A stretch of 64,000 nucleotides of DNA. Origin: a virus (lineage: Duplodnaviria; Caudoviricetes). The notes beneath the pieces were generated by a model. The model made no database searches. It saw nothing but the letters and a program-made list of their open reading frames with translations, and was not told where the DNA came from. The DNA is taken from positions 33,613 through 97,612 of the IMG/VR virus record IMGVR_UViG_2648501258_000001; one strand, given 5' to 3'. Shown piece by piece: positions 17,786-28,586 of this stretch. The translations under genes were made by a program, and so were the position numbers. Every line of letters begins with the position of its first letter. Position 1 is the stretch's first letter.

Positions 17786-20194
17786 TTAGTAGCCAGTAGC
17801 AATAACGTAAGCCACACCATTACCAACGTAGTTACCACCGTGGACAGTGATGAACTTGGTGTTATCTACGATTCTCATGTTCAGACCATAACTTGCAGCA
17901 TCTCCCATTGCAGCCGCATCAATACAGCAAGATACACTTGTGCAAGCTGTTGGGAATGAGCGTGGGAAGAATTTGAAGTCTGACCCAGACGCACTTGAAG
18001 TCACTTTCATCCATTGAATGATTGCCCCGCCAGGAAGCATGGCCCAACCATTAGCTGCTTGCGATTGTGGAACAGCTGCAATGTTAGCATGTTGGATGTT
18101 TGTGATACTCGAACCGCTACCAATGAATCCACCTTGAGCTTGAATAGCAGAGTCGCAAAGGAATCCCTTGTTACCGTATACTCTAACCCATGTTGAGTCT
18201 GTCTGGTAAATACCACCACCGTAGGTGTTGTTAACCCACCCGCTCTGTCCAGTAGAACCGAACCAATTTCCAGTTACAAAACTACCTGTAGAGAGTACTG
18301 TTCTTGCAATCAAGTTAATAACGCCAGTACCGTCACCAGCGTTGGCGTAGTTCTCAACTTGGATACGAGTATCGTAATTGACTCCAGTGCTACCAGCACC
18401 TCGCATAGACCACATCCCCGGCCCTGAAATATTCTCTCCTGTAGAGAAGATAGACGGGATGGTTACGTTCGCTGTTCCATCAAAAGAAACTCCATTGATT
18501 GTTCTAGCTGTTGCAAGTCTTGTAGCTGTCGGAGCCACAGCATTACCATCTGTTCTTACCCACGCAGTCCAGACGTTAGAAATGCAACTACGCATGTAGC
18601 TACGCGCTGGGCCAGAGGGGTTATATTCGATAGCTGTTTGAGCTTTCCCGCCTGTAGATTTGTTCAAGTAGAACATCGTATTGATGAACCAGTATCTTGA
18701 AGCGTCAGGGGTATTTGCATGGGTAAGCAGCGCCCAAGGAATTGTCAATCCATCAGGATCAGTCCCTTCTGTTGGACCACTAGTTACATTAACTGTGGCA
18801 ACATCTTGCTTCAAAGCAAGTTGAGCGTTGACCTGTGCAATAACTCCAGCAGTTACAATGTCTGTCAATTGTTGAACGTTACCAGTATGGTACAGCTCTA
18901 CCCATGGGGTTCCAGTAGCGTTACTCTTCAAGATCGAGCGGAAGAAGGCCCTGTTGTTACCAATTTCTTGTGCAAACTGTGCCATCCATCCTGTGTTGTC
19001 TCCACCCCAATCTTGAGATGACATTTGCAGAGCAGCAGCAGGGGTGTTAGAACCTCCATTGAACGCATAAGCACCAGAAGCTCGTGCAGTGTTAGCATTA
19101 GTATCTAAGATTGACGGACCACCATATCCCAGGTCTCCAATCTTAGATACTCGACCGATAGTTGAATCTGTATTACCCGATGTCAGAGTGAAGCTTCTGC
19201 TGGTGTAGTTTTCAGCCCAGCCGCTCCAAACTCCAGCTACGATTGTACGAACATAGTATCGCTCAATTCCTGGACTCCCTGCAAAGTTACCAACTGCGTA
19301 TTGTGTTGCGTATCCTACTGCGTTTCCATGACTGATATGGTGAATTCTTGTCCAGCCCGGAGTAGGTCTTGCAGTCCAAGTTACAGACGGCTCTACATCG
19401 TAGTATCCAGTTGGACGGAATGCAACGTCAGGGTCCGTGATAGAGATAGCGTTTCCGCCTAGCCCAAAGGCCCCCACCAAGAGAACACGGTTTGCAGTAG
19501 CGTCTACCGCAGACCCTTGCACTGTGTAGTCTGCTGCGTTACCAAGTCCTAGCAGTGTTTTAACAGCCGCAGCGTTGCTTGTGGCGATCAGGCTCCGACC
19601 GAATGCTGTAAGTGATGTTGTGCCTGCTGTGGTCGTACCAGTGAAGTATGGTAGAGCGTTTGTTGCAGCGACGATGCCAGATAGCGCCGTGAGGTTAACG
19701 TTAGCCTGCTGAGCATCTAGGAATCCACGTGCCTGCGATGCAGTGGTAGAGGCCAAGACTTGTTGTCCAAGCCCACCATAAGGCAAATAGGCTGCAACAC
19801 TGCTACCATTGAAGGCAGGAATGCTCATAGCCTGAACACCCAATCCTTTCACAGCTTCCAAGAATGGAGTAGAATCACTGAATGCTTTAATCCAGTTGGC
19901 TGGAGTTGTAGCTGGGTCTTTATTGACTCCAGTTAGAATGCACTTATAGACAATGTTGTTGCGTTGTACATAAGATTTGTTTGTCAGGTATTCAGTGAAT
20001 TGATCCCACTCTGGAATACCCTTTTGTAGCATGTATGCAATGTTTGTATCTTGGCGGTTTTCAAACCAGTTCCACCATTGGCGAGGTACAGCTTCGATAG
20101 CCCACCCTGCACGAACCTTAGCACTATCAGGAGCAACTACGTCACCCGCGACAGCCCAAATGTCCGTCATATCCTGCTTAATAATGTCAACCAT
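17786..20194 (-). CDS. Tail fiber protein
   Basis: N-terminus paralogous to 15912-17384; ATRLATARTINGVSFDGTANV; C-terminal LPGGAIIQW. Confidence 0.9.
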   Translation of the reverse strand: MVDIIKQDMTDIWAVAGDVVAPDSAKVRAGWAIEAVPRQWWNWFENRQDTNIAYMLQKGIPEWDQFTEYLTNKSYVQRNNIVYKCILTGVNKDPATTPANWIKAFSDSTPFLEAVKGLGVQAMSIPAFNGSSVAAYLPYGGLGQQVLASTTASQARGFLDAQQANVNLTALSGIVAATNALPYFTGTTTAGTTSLTAFGRSLIATSNAAAVKTLLGLGNAADYTVQGSAVDATANRVLLVGAFGLGGNAISITDPDVAFRPTGYYDVEPSVTWTARPTPGWTRIHHISHGNAVGYATQYAVGNFAGSPGIERYYVRTIVAGVWSGWAENYTSRSFTLTSGNTDSTIGRVSKIGDLGYGGPSILDTNANTARASGAYAFNGGSNTPAAALQMSSQDWGGDNTGWMAQFAQEIGNNRAFFRSILKSNATGTPWVELYHTGNVQQLTDIVTAGVIAQVNAQLALKQDVATVNVTSGPTEGTDPDGLTIPWALLTHANTPDASRYWFINTMFYLNKSTGGKAQTAIEYNPSGPARSYMRSCISNVWTAWVRTDGNAVAPTATRLATARTINGVSFDGTANVTIPSIFSTGENISGPGMWSMRGAGSTGVNYDTRIQVENYANAGDGTGVINLIARTVLSTGSFVTGNWFGSTGQSGWVNNTYGGGIYQTDSTWVRVYGNKGFLCDSAIQAQGGFIGSGSSITNIQHANIAAVPQSQAANGWAMLPGGAIIQWMKVTSSASGSDFKFFPRSFPTACTSVSCCIDAAAMGDAASYGLNMRIVDNTKFITVHGGNYVGNGVAYVIATGY

Positions 20195-20210
20195 TTGTAG
20201 TTCCTCTTGA

Positions 20211-20942
20211 TTATGTGATTAGGTTGGAAAGGATGCCGCCTGATGATGGATCATTCAGATCGCCAGTACCAACTCCACCGGGGAATCCCTCTGTCGCGAA
20301 TACGCGGTTAGATTGGAATTCACTATATGTATATTCAACACCAACTGTCTTTGGAAGTAGTGTTCCTGCACCAGCAAGATCAAAGAGAAGACCACGTTCA
20401 ACTGATGACAGGATTTTACCGATGCCGATACGCACAGAGGCGTGTCCAAGCTCGGTGATTGTTACTTGAGAGGCACCAAACAAGAATTTGTATGCTTCGA
20501 TAATATCTTCTGGACGGGATAGTGTCCTGTTCTTAATGATCTTCGCTTTGAGAATCAGTCGGTATTCTTCGTCACTCGGTGGACGGGCTCTCTGTGTTGG
20601 AGCCCCAATAGAGTACCAGGGGGCTCCCACGGATGGGTCCGTTAACGATCCAAAGCTGCCTGCGTTGGATGCACCGTCAAACCCGAAGTATGTGAAAATC
20701 TCCGCAGATACTAGCCCACGAGGACGTCCAACAATAATACCGATAACGTCCAACTGTGCCCCAACTGCTGTATCAATTGAGCGTAGAGTCATTACATCTT
20801 CCATCACAACTTGTAAATCCAACTTGCCCTGGAGCATAAGTTGGAGGTACTTGTCCATGATAGGCTTACCTTTAAACTGGTCTGTAATACGCGCTCTAGC
20901 TACATCTAAGAACGGCTCAACTACGAACTCGTTGACGGCCAT
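20211..20942 (-). CDS. Baseplate wedge protein (DUF2612-like)
   Basis: TAVGAQLDVIG.IVG, YFGF, SDEEYR..LKAKI. Confidence 0.8.
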   Translation of the reverse strand: MAVNEFVVEPFLDVARARITDQFKGKPIMDKYLQLMLQGKLDLQVVMEDVMTLRSIDTAVGAQLDVIGIIVGRPRGLVSAEIFTYFGFDGASNAGSFGSLTDPSVGAPWYSIGAPTQRARPPSDEEYRLILKAKIIKNRTLSRPEDIIEAYKFLFGASQVTITELGHASVRIGIGKILSSVERGLLFDLAGAGTLLPKTVGVEYTYSEFQSNRVFATEGFPGGVGTGDLNDPSSGGILSNLIT

Positions 20943-20957
20943 GTGGTGTCTCCTATA

Positions 20958-22412
20958 TTATGATTGTGTCACAATAACATTTGCTGGGAGGAAGGTAGCA
21001 ACTTGATCAAACCCAATGGTGATGTTTGTCATGCCAGTTGGAGATGGCGATGTGCCAATTGTCAAACTATTTACCATGTGCCCCGGTACTGCGTTAATTG
21101 GAGTGTAGAAACGAGAGTAGATAACATCGTCTCCAATGAAGCATGTGCTGTCTCCGTAATCCACGACATTCTGTCTGATAGTTGCAGGAGCATCACCAGC
21201 TAGCTCGCCAGTACTTGAAATGTCAATTGTGATGTAGATTGGAACCTCTGTTGGCCGCTTGTACGAGATAGGGTGGACGAACCCTAGGCTGTCCACAATT
21301 TGCACAGTTGTGTCTCCAGTAGAGGAAATTCCTGTAGGCTTGTTTGTCCAGATAGCGTTTCCAATATCTGTAGGCAGCCCGCCCAATACGATAGGCATGA
21401 AACTCTTCGGAGGCACACCTTGTAGGTTAACTACGTCCGTGTCGTTCTCATATACCTTAACGTCTGTAACGCCTGCAACGTTCGTTAGGGCATCAATTAG
21501 GGATTCGAGGATGTTGGCAGACTGTACAAACTTGCTGTTACGGAATCGTTCTCGAAGCTCAGTATCTGTCTCTTGCAATCTACCAGTCGTGGCAGCTACT
21601 GGGTTGATAATGCTATCCCAGCCTGCGATAGGAACAGAGATTGTGTCAATAGACATAACAGGCTGTTCGAATGGGCCTACGATATCATCTTGGGCGATGC
21701 CCAGCTTGATGACCTTCTGGATAGCAAGATTCACAGATACTTCGAAAGTAACAATCTGGAAAGGATCAGTACGTGATACGAATAGTCTACCATCTTGATA
21801 GTAAGTTGTAAAGGCCCCAGCGAATAAAGAATCAATTTCAGCCTTCAATTGTGCTAGGATACTTTGTCCTGTAGCTCCGGCGCCAGAAGTGACCTGTGCT
21901 TCTACGAAGTTAACACCATCTGATGAGTATTTAAACACGTACACTGTGCTAGGTTGGACGTTAACAACATCAATGCCAACGCCCGATGCGTTCTGTGGAC
22001 TTAGGACTACAGGATTGAGGATAGAGAACACACGCTGTGTAGTCGAGCTGTAGGCTTTTCCAAGTGGAGAGCTGATGACTGTATTGATAGTGCCTTCCAG
22101 TAGTACCTGCGCTCTTGTAGGCATCGCCACAAGACGATTAATGCCCGACAGGGCGATGATATTATCCAGAGCCACACCAACTGCTGTGTTAGGGTTGAAG
22201 CTGTTGTAGATTTGTTGCAGTGCTTCCCACAGAGATGCCTCTGATGGAGCCATGACCCCGATCATACGACCAAGGGCAGAGTTGTCACTGACGTCTACAA
22301 TGTCGCCAGCAGGTACAAGGTCAGCAAAGATATCTGCTGCACGAGTACGGCTGTCATTGAGAACGTCGTCAATTGTTTTGATTTCCAGTCCTGTGTATGA
22401 AAGGCCCGCCAT
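20958..22412 (-). CDS. Baseplate J-like protein
   Basis: A.GVALD, G..ETD.ELRERF, VYENDT. Confidence 0.85.
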   Translation of the reverse strand: MAGLSYTGLEIKTIDDVLNDSRTRAADIFADLVPAGDIVDVSDNSALGRMIGVMAPSEASLWEALQQIYNSFNPNTAVGVALDNIIALSGINRLVAMPTRAQVLLEGTINTVISSPLGKAYSSTTQRVFSILNPVVLSPQNASGVGIDVVNVQPSTVYVFKYSSDGVNFVEAQVTSGAGATGQSILAQLKAEIDSLFAGAFTTYYQDGRLFVSRTDPFQIVTFEVSVNLAIQKVIKLGIAQDDIVGPFEQPVMSIDTISVPIAGWDSIINPVAATTGRLQETDTELRERFRNSKFVQSANILESLIDALTNVAGVTDVKVYENDTDVVNLQGVPPKSFMPIVLGGLPTDIGNAIWTNKPTGISSTGDTTVQIVDSLGFVHPISYKRPTEVPIYITIDISSTGELAGDAPATIRQNVVDYGDSTCFIGDDVIYSRFYTPINAVPGHMVNSLTIGTSPSPTGMTNITIGFDQVATFLPANVIVTQS

Positions 22413-22413
22413 G

Positions 22414-22782
22414 TTAAACTCCTACTTCGATTGTAATTGGAAGCGATGCTGTGTTATCTGCAACTCTCACTTGGAAAGTCATACTGTACCCACGACCGCT
22501 AGATGAAATGGTAGATTCGAATGTTAAGATTTCGATAACATCCGGGTCAGCAGAAATAATCCGTTGGAAGATCAGATCGACTGTTGCTTTACTTCGAATC
22601 TTACCGAAGATTTGTTGGAAGTATGGAACTCCGATTGTAGTATCAAGGAACCATTCCCCCAGGAATGTATAGAGTGTGACCTTTAAACGTTGAACAACAA
22701 TATCCGTCAGTAATTGAGTTACTGGGCATTTACCGTTGACGAACACAAGATCATTTGTGTCTGTATTTAGTAGCAAATCCAT
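22414..22782 (-). CDS. Baseplate wedge subunit (gp25-like)
   Basis: FLGEWFLDTTIGVPY. Confidence 0.8.
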   Translation of the reverse strand: MDLLLNTDTNDLVFVNGKCPVTQLLTDIVVQRLKVTLYTFLGEWFLDTTIGVPYFQQIFGKIRSKATVDLIFQRIISADPDVIEILTFESTISSSGRGYSMTFQVRVADNTASLPITIEVGV

Positions 22783-22791
22783 CTTGTATCC

Positions 22792-23553
22792 TTACCCAGC
22801 AACTGGGCCAGAAGTACCACTGCCCGGAGTAACTCCAGAGTGGACGTGAGTATCAAACAAGACGCCATTGAATCTAGCTTGTCCTGTGCCTGTATAGTTC
22901 CCAGTGTGGATCACATTGCCTGTCCAGTTGGTAGTAGATGCGTTCACATTTAGAACTGGAGTGTTGATTGTGTAGGACTCAGTGGCGTTCATCTCACCAG
23001 TCTTACAGTTCACAATCGTCTTACCTTCTGTGTTGATAATCAGATCGCCATTCTGCTTCAACTGGATCATAACTTCTGTCCCAGAAGCGATATTATGTGC
23101 GATAACCAGATCAGTCTTAGGGTTGTGGGGATATTTACGGATGCCTGGACGATTCACACTCTTCGAGAATGGAACCAACCCAGGAATGGCCACAGCATCT
23201 TGATCAGAGAACTTACGATAGTCGTTAGGGACTGTAGGTTGCCCGTTACCAATCTTGAAATTATCCATAGAGCGCTGGGAGAAGATACACATTACCGTGT
23301 CTCCTACGCTCACTGGGAAGCTCACAAGGCTATTGGCTGATCCAGGCAGAAGCACAGGAACCCCTAGAATCTGAGTATGCTCATCGCTGCTGCCATCTTT
23401 ATATAAGGTGTTGATGCTCGGTTGCACATCAACTCGTTGTGAATCAAAGGAGCCAACTACGTTAGTCACAATGCATGGGAGGGCTGTGTAAACCTCTGCC
23501 ATGTTGATTTGGAATTGTGTCTGAATGTAGTCGCTCAAGAGAGCTTCCATCAT
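22792..23553 (-). CDS. Baseplate central spike
   Basis: Gp138-like N-domain, C-terminal HVHSGV..G...SGP. Confidence 0.85.
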   Translation of the reverse strand: MMEALLSDYIQTQFQINMAEVYTALPCIVTNVVGSFDSQRVDVQPSINTLYKDGSSDEHTQILGVPVLLPGSANSLVSFPVSVGDTVMCIFSQRSMDNFKIGNGQPTVPNDYRKFSDQDAVAIPGLVPFSKSVNRPGIRKYPHNPKTDLVIAHNIASGTEVMIQLKQNGDLIINTEGKTIVNCKTGEMNATESYTINTPVLNVNASTTNWTGNVIHTGNYTGTGQARFNGVLFDTHVHSGVTPGSGTSGPVAG

Positions 23554-24470
23554 AGTAAATCTTGTGCCTCCACTTCGGATGTGAAACATTCTACATACCA
23601 ATCATTACCACGGAAATCTCCAGAGAATCTTGTGGAATTGATACGGTAGTACCCGGTGATAAAGTCTGACTCTAGTCTGACAATACGCCCTGGAACACAC
23701 TCTGTGTTCAACAGTGCCTTGAACTGGACACCTCGACGGCGCTTCTTGTCTCCCTTCATCTTGCGTCCCTGTTCAGTTGTATGGAAGGGACTATCAATCA
23801 TCCCCGTTTGTTCGCTGATTACAGGAGCCAGTACTGTGTCTTTTGTGTACAGTCCGTTTTCGTCTGATACGTTAAGAACACCACCTGATACTGAATACTC
23901 CATGTTATGAGCTTCGCAGAGCTTGCGTAGCATCTGTGCAGGAGAGCCATTAAGAGTCCATCCGAACACAATGGGGTTGTTCAGGTTAGTACCAACGTAT
24001 GCACCACGAGCTACACTTGGCATCTGTTTACGAATTTCTTCAATAACAGATTCAACTGTGGAGCCAGGGGATACCAGACTCTTCAATTTCTCGTGATTAA
24101 GATCAGAGTAGCCTTCACCCATTCTCACCTGTGTGATGAACTCGGTTCCACGCTTAACTGTTTTAACTTCAACAACATTCCCCTCAGCAACTACTCTAGC
24201 ACCATCATCCTCGTATCCGACAGAGAATGTGCATTGTAAGTATTCACCTTGAAGAAGCTCGATACTGGAACGAGACAGGTTGTAGATTTCGATTGTGGCT
24301 GAATTGCCGTTGGTACGTTTAGCGTCTGCTGTCTTTGAAATATCGAAAGTGATTTGAAGTCCTGTGTTTACGGCTCCATTAGCATCTGGAATACCGCCAG
24401 TAATTCGAATTCCGTTACCAGTCTTGTAGTCTCCAACAATCAAGTCGTACACTCTGTTTCGCTGTGTCAT
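23550..24470 (-). CDS. Baseplate hub protein
   Basis: ITFDI.K, IYNLS, TGMI.SP; synteny. Confidence 0.75.
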   Translation of the reverse strand: MTQRNRVYDLIVGDYKTGNGIRITGGIPDANGAVNTGLQITFDISKTADAKRTNGNSATIEIYNLSRSSIELLQGEYLQCTFSVGYEDDGARVVAEGNVVEVKTVKRGTEFITQVRMGEGYSDLNHEKLKSLVSPGSTVESVIEEIRKQMPSVARGAYVGTNLNNPIVFGWTLNGSPAQMLRKLCEAHNMEYSVSGGVLNVSDENGLYTKDTVLAPVISEQTGMIDSPFHTTEQGRKMKGDKKRRRGVQFKALLNTECVPGRIVRLESDFITGYYRINSTRFSGDFRGNDWYVECFTSEVEAQDLL

Positions 24471-24815
24471 TTAAACCTCCGAGATATAGACGTAAAAGAG
24501 TTTAAAAAACTCCGGCACGACACTGGAGTTCTCTGTGATTTGTGAATCAATGGCAGAGTTAACTGGCATCAATAGGAAGTAGCCAGAGAGTCCCTGCTCT
24601 TCGATGTTATAGTCAACCAGCATGGGATACTGGGCTACCATTGCGACACCAAGGACAAGCGGAGTCTGATCTTCGCGTCTAATGTCCATGTGCCACTGAG
24701 CAGCTCTGCCATTCCAGTAGAATGTAAATTGCCACGACACACCTTCCAGGGAAATACCGTAGCGATACTTCTCATCAGTGTACAGTGGCATTTCAACGTA
24801 TACAGTATTGGTCAT
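24471..24815 (-). CDS. Virion structural (baseplate) protein
   Basis: F..YWN.R...W..DI; synteny. Confidence 0.7.
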   Translation of the reverse strand: MTNTVYVEMPLYTDEKYRYGISLEGVSWQFTFYWNGRAAQWHMDIRREDQTPLVLGVAMVAQYPMLVDYNIEEQGLSGYFLLMPVNSAIDSQITENSSVVPEFFKLFYVYISEV

Positions 24816-25606
24816 TGTGAAGCTCCTGCATCATCTGCAATTTTCGCAGCGCTGGACTTCTTAGCATTAGCCGTTGGTTGACTAGCTGCATCATCTCCAG
24901 GCTTAGTTTCTGTCTTTGTCGTAGTCCCAGTCTTACGTCCCTTGTTAGGAGTCGTTCTAATCTTAATCGCAACATTCTCTACGTCTGTGTAAGTTGCTTG
25001 CTCCATTTGAATACTAGGGAACAATCCTAGCCCGCTATCTGCATCTTCTGCGAAAGACAGAGAAGTCATGGAGATGTTGGACCAAGAGCGGGCAATTAGA
25101 TTACCGTTATACTCTACGAGAGTGAAAGACTCTTTCTTCTCGTACATGTCGATTAGATCGAATCGTACAGCTTGAGCTGTCTTGACCTTAGTCTGTGCTG
25201 TTACAATTACAGTAGGGATAGTGCTGGCTGTAAACTGAGCTACAACCTCTGGTAAGAAGCTACGCCACTTAGCGCCTTCACTTACAATCTTCACTGGCAC
25301 CGTAGTCTCTGTGTCGTTTGTAAACTGCTTCCGCGACCCAGTTGGAAATGTCACTGTCTCTTGTTTCAGGCCAATCGTATCAAGAGTTGTACTGTAACTT
25401 CTATCTGGTCTACTATAATTGAAGTCTGCGTCTGACAAGATCGCCTTTAAACTAAACTTCTTGTTATCTGTTGTAGTGTGATCCGAGATGTATGATCCAC
25501 TAGACAACGGGTGCTTTGTGATTTGGGCGGTGTACGTTTCCTCGATATTCGTAATAGCATCGAAGTAAAGCACATCGCCGTTTGCACGGCGAATAGCGTA
25601 AGTCAT
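24812..25606 (-). CDS. Baseplate/tail-tube initiator protein
   Basis: FDA......ITKHP..SG..ISDH; follows tape measure. Confidence 0.7.
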   Translation of the reverse strand: MTYAIRRANGDVLYFDAITNIEETYTAQITKHPLSSGSYISDHTTTDNKKFSLKAILSDADFNYSRPDRSYSTTLDTIGLKQETVTFPTGSRKQFTNDTETTVPVKIVSEGAKWRSFLPEVVAQFTASTIPTVIVTAQTKVKTAQAVRFDLIDMYEKKESFTLVEYNGNLIARSWSNISMTSLSFAEDADSGLGLFPSIQMEQATYTDVENVAIKIRTTPNKGRKTGTTTKTETKPGDDAASQPTANAKKSSAAKIADDAGASQ

Positions 25607-27951
25607 TACTTAGACTCCTTGGTGTTAATCATTGCGTCTCGTAGAACATCTTTGAAAGCGTCCTTAACCATCCCAGGCATAAGAGCAATATTGTCTGCTG
25701 TGATACTTCCACCGCCTCCACCGCCAATTGTAACTGGCATGTTGACTTCGATTGGTGGCAGCTTCATACCATCTGCTGTCATGAATGTCTGTTTAAGTTC
25801 TTCTAGTTTTTCAAGAAGCCCTGCACTATCGAAAGATTGTCTTTGAACGTCTGCTTGATTTGGAATAGATGCCATAGACTCTGCTGTATACTTCTGAGTC
25901 AGTTGAGCATTAACCCAATCTGGTCCCATCACAGTAGCCAACATGTTACGTGCGTTAGCTTCGACAGTAGTACCAGAGTTGTTTGTCTGCTTAGCATACT
26001 GTCCAGCAGCAACGAAACGATCCACAGATGAGTTGAATAGCGCCATGAGAGCTGTCAGCTCTTTCATCGTTGCTACCAGCATTTCAGGGAAGCTAAGCCC
26101 ATCAAGTCCACCTGCCAACTCTAGAGTCTGGTCAAGTGCAAACTTCATGTTATCCCCGAACGTCTTGGCCTGTGCTGCTAGCTCTGTTAGAGCTTGTGTT
26201 GCAGCGGGAGAAGAAGCCAACCAACGTCCAAACAGGCTGTCTCCACCTTCGGCGTATGTGATCAGATCATCTAGAGCTAGGACGATTAAACCAATAGCGG
26301 ATGCAACACCTCCGAATGGAAGCATTACCAATCCAGCTGTTACACCAAGAGCGGCAAGCTGTCCACCAGTGAGCCCAAACAAAGCAGCAATCTGTGGTAG
26401 CATCCCGAGGACAGTACCACCAACATTAATGAAAGCATTAACTGGTTCAATCAGCAAGTTGAACGCTTCACCTAGAGCTTTAACTCCCGGCTCGGCATCC
26501 TTCATACCGTCAGCCATTGCCTTGAAGAACTTACCCATACCCTTGTCAAACCCAGCAGCAGAGAACACTCCAACTGCATCAGAGAATGCGTTATTCATAC
26601 GAGCTTGTTGTGCAGCTGTAGACTCCATAGACTTCTCAAGCGCTCCACCTGATCTTGCACGTTCTGCAAGAATCTTAGCGAACTTCTCAAGTACGGCTGT
26701 AGATTTGACTGTGCCATTTTTCATGGCGTCCATCAACTTAGCTACACCTTTCTCATCTGTACCGAACCCAGCAGCTTCTGCCATTGCTGACATTGCTCCA
26801 GGCATACGTTCCGCCAACTGCCCTTTCAGTTCTTCGGACATTACTTGGCCCTTGTTCATCATCTGTTCGATAGCTCGCATAGAGCCCTTCATAGATTCAG
26901 AATCAAGTCCCATTGTACGTCCATACTCTGAAACACCTTGGAAGATGTTTTGAACAGACTCAGTGGACATTCCAGAAGTTTGTCCAGAAGCTAGCATCTT
27001 GTTGTAAGATGGCGCTACTTGGCGATAGTCCATACCAATTGTATTGGAAAGATTCTTAACCCAAGCACTCTGTTCTTGCCCTGCTGACTCGCTTCCCATC
27101 ACAGCTGTCATCGCAAGCTGTTGTGCCTGCATTTGCTGGTTGATCTTGTTGAGTTGGCTAAATGCAAAAGCTGCTCCTAGTCCCGGAATAGCTCCACGCA
27201 TGAAGCCCATACCAGCACCAGCGATACCGCCGCCTAGGGCACCCTCTCTGGTCGTTCTAGTACGTGACCCGCCACTACCCCCTGTGCTGCTCACTCGCGT
27301 GCGTACAGTGAACTCGTGCTGGCTAATAGCTGCTCTGATCTGGGCTCTGAGGGCGGCTTGGTCTACATGAAGTTTCAGCTTAGGGTCTTTTAGGTCGATG
27401 GTCATTGCACCGATCTTACCCTTAGCTGCCATCAAGCTCTTACGGACATTTGAAATGAACTTGGCTTGACTGATATCAGCATCAATCTTTAATTTGTATT
27501 TAGACTCAGTACCTGTTTTCCAAGTGCGGAGCTGTTTCTCTGCTTCTTTCAAACTGATAGTGACAGGAAGTTTTACTTGCATCTGTCCAAGCAGTGTGCG
27601 AATGAATCTCTTCTGAGCTACAAGATCAGCAACATCCACTTTGATATTATTCAAACGGATGGGAGTCTTATCTAGTCTATCGCAGATTTTCTTCGACACG
27701 ACCATCAGAGCTTCTTCGCTAACGTTGAAGTTTCTGAAAGTGATCTTAGCGTTAGTAGCCTTTTCTAGTTGGGCACGGAGCGTTCTTGAGTCGAGGCTTA
27801 CCTTGATGTTGAATTTCTTATTGGCTGCTGTTCCAAACTGTTGCAGCATTCCAGTGACTTTTTCTAGCCTTTTCTCAAAGGCTGCAAGAGGTCGAGCGTC
27901 TACGTTAAACTTCAACGTGCCCGTTAGTCTTGCAATTTCTTCTTGGATCAT
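25606..27951 (-). CDS. Tape measure protein
   Basis: AIEQMMNKGQVMSEELKGQLAERMPGA; TM segments. Confidence 0.92.
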   Translation of the reverse strand: MIQEEIARLTGTLKFNVDARPLAAFEKRLEKVTGMLQQFGTAANKKFNIKVSLDSRTLRAQLEKATNAKITFRNFNVSEEALMVVSKKICDRLDKTPIRLNNIKVDVADLVAQKRFIRTLLGQMQVKLPVTISLKEAEKQLRTWKTGTESKYKLKIDADISQAKFISNVRKSLMAAKGKIGAMTIDLKDPKLKLHVDQAALRAQIRAAISQHEFTVRTRVSSTGGSGGSRTRTTREGALGGGIAGAGMGFMRGAIPGLGAAFAFSQLNKINQQMQAQQLAMTAVMGSESAGQEQSAWVKNLSNTIGMDYRQVAPSYNKMLASGQTSGMSTESVQNIFQGVSEYGRTMGLDSESMKGSMRAIEQMMNKGQVMSEELKGQLAERMPGAMSAMAEAAGFGTDEKGVAKLMDAMKNGTVKSTAVLEKFAKILAERARSGGALEKSMESTAAQQARMNNAFSDAVGVFSAAGFDKGMGKFFKAMADGMKDAEPGVKALGEAFNLLIEPVNAFINVGGTVLGMLPQIAALFGLTGGQLAALGVTAGLVMLPFGGVASAIGLIVLALDDLITYAEGGDSLFGRWLASSPAATQALTELAAQAKTFGDNMKFALDQTLELAGGLDGLSFPEMLVATMKELTALMALFNSSVDRFVAAGQYAKQTNNSGTTVEANARNMLATVMGPDWVNAQLTQKYTAESMASIPNQADVQRQSFDSAGLLEKLEELKQTFMTADGMKLPPIEVNMPVTIGGGGGGSITADNIALMPGMVKDAFKDVLRDAMINTKESK

Positions 27952-27969
27952 CTGATGAGCCTCGCTTGA

Positions 27970-28233
27970 TTATTTCTGTGCCGCTCTATCCTGTTCTGCT
28001 TTGATGCGAGCTAGTTCATCAAACTCCATCTTAACTTCAAGGATTTCAAGCATGTTGTGTAGGTCTTCTACGTTGCAAACTGTATCAAGCTCTACATATG
28101 TAGCCATAGGATTATCCGCAGTTAGGACAAGGTAGATTTCCCAGTCTTGCCCGAACCGCTCCTGTAGCTTCTGTACGCGAGGGTGAACAGCTTGGGGTTC
28201 CCCGCTACTTACACGGCGGAACCGAGTAGAGTA
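27970..28233 (-). CDS. Tail assembly chaperone frameshift extension (T part)
   Basis: -1 frame open from slippery G GTT TTT (28239-28233) to TAA at 27970. Confidence 0.65.
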   Translation of the reverse strand, partial: YSTRFRRVSSGEPQAVHPRVQKLQERFGQDWEIYLVLTADNPMATYVELDTVCNVEDLHNMLEILEVKMEFDELARIKAEQDRAAQK

Positions 28234-28571
28234 AAAACCGAACCGAAGTTGAATTCGATTACCTCCCGAACCAACAGGAACAATTTGTCGTACTCACCAG
28301 CAAACTCCATGTCGAAGTTAATGCCAACAGAACCCTTAGAGCATGTAGATACTAGTTCAACAATCAACTGCTCAACGCCTTGGTCTAGGTTCTCGAACAG
28401 AGCATTCATTGCATTGCCGATCTTGTCTTGACCATCACCTTGCATTTGAACAAGGGCTGGACCAAGAATCTTCGTCAGTTGTTTTAGGACACGTGTGCCA
28501 CGCATGGCAGGGAAGTGTGTGATCAGGTATTCAGTACCCAAGATAGTAACTTGCTTTTGGCCGATTGCCAT
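28209..28571 (-). CDS. Tail assembly chaperone
   Basis: Position between tube genes and tape measure; F..EFAG.Y..LF. Confidence 0.75.
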   Translation of the reverse strand: MAIGQKQVTILGTEYLITHFPAMRGTRVLKQLTKILGPALVQMQGDGQDKIGNAMNALFENLDQGVEQLIVELVSTCSKGSVGINFDMEFAGEYDKLFLLVREVIEFNFGSVFTLLGSAV

Positions 28572-28586
28572 AATTTGTTTCTCCTA

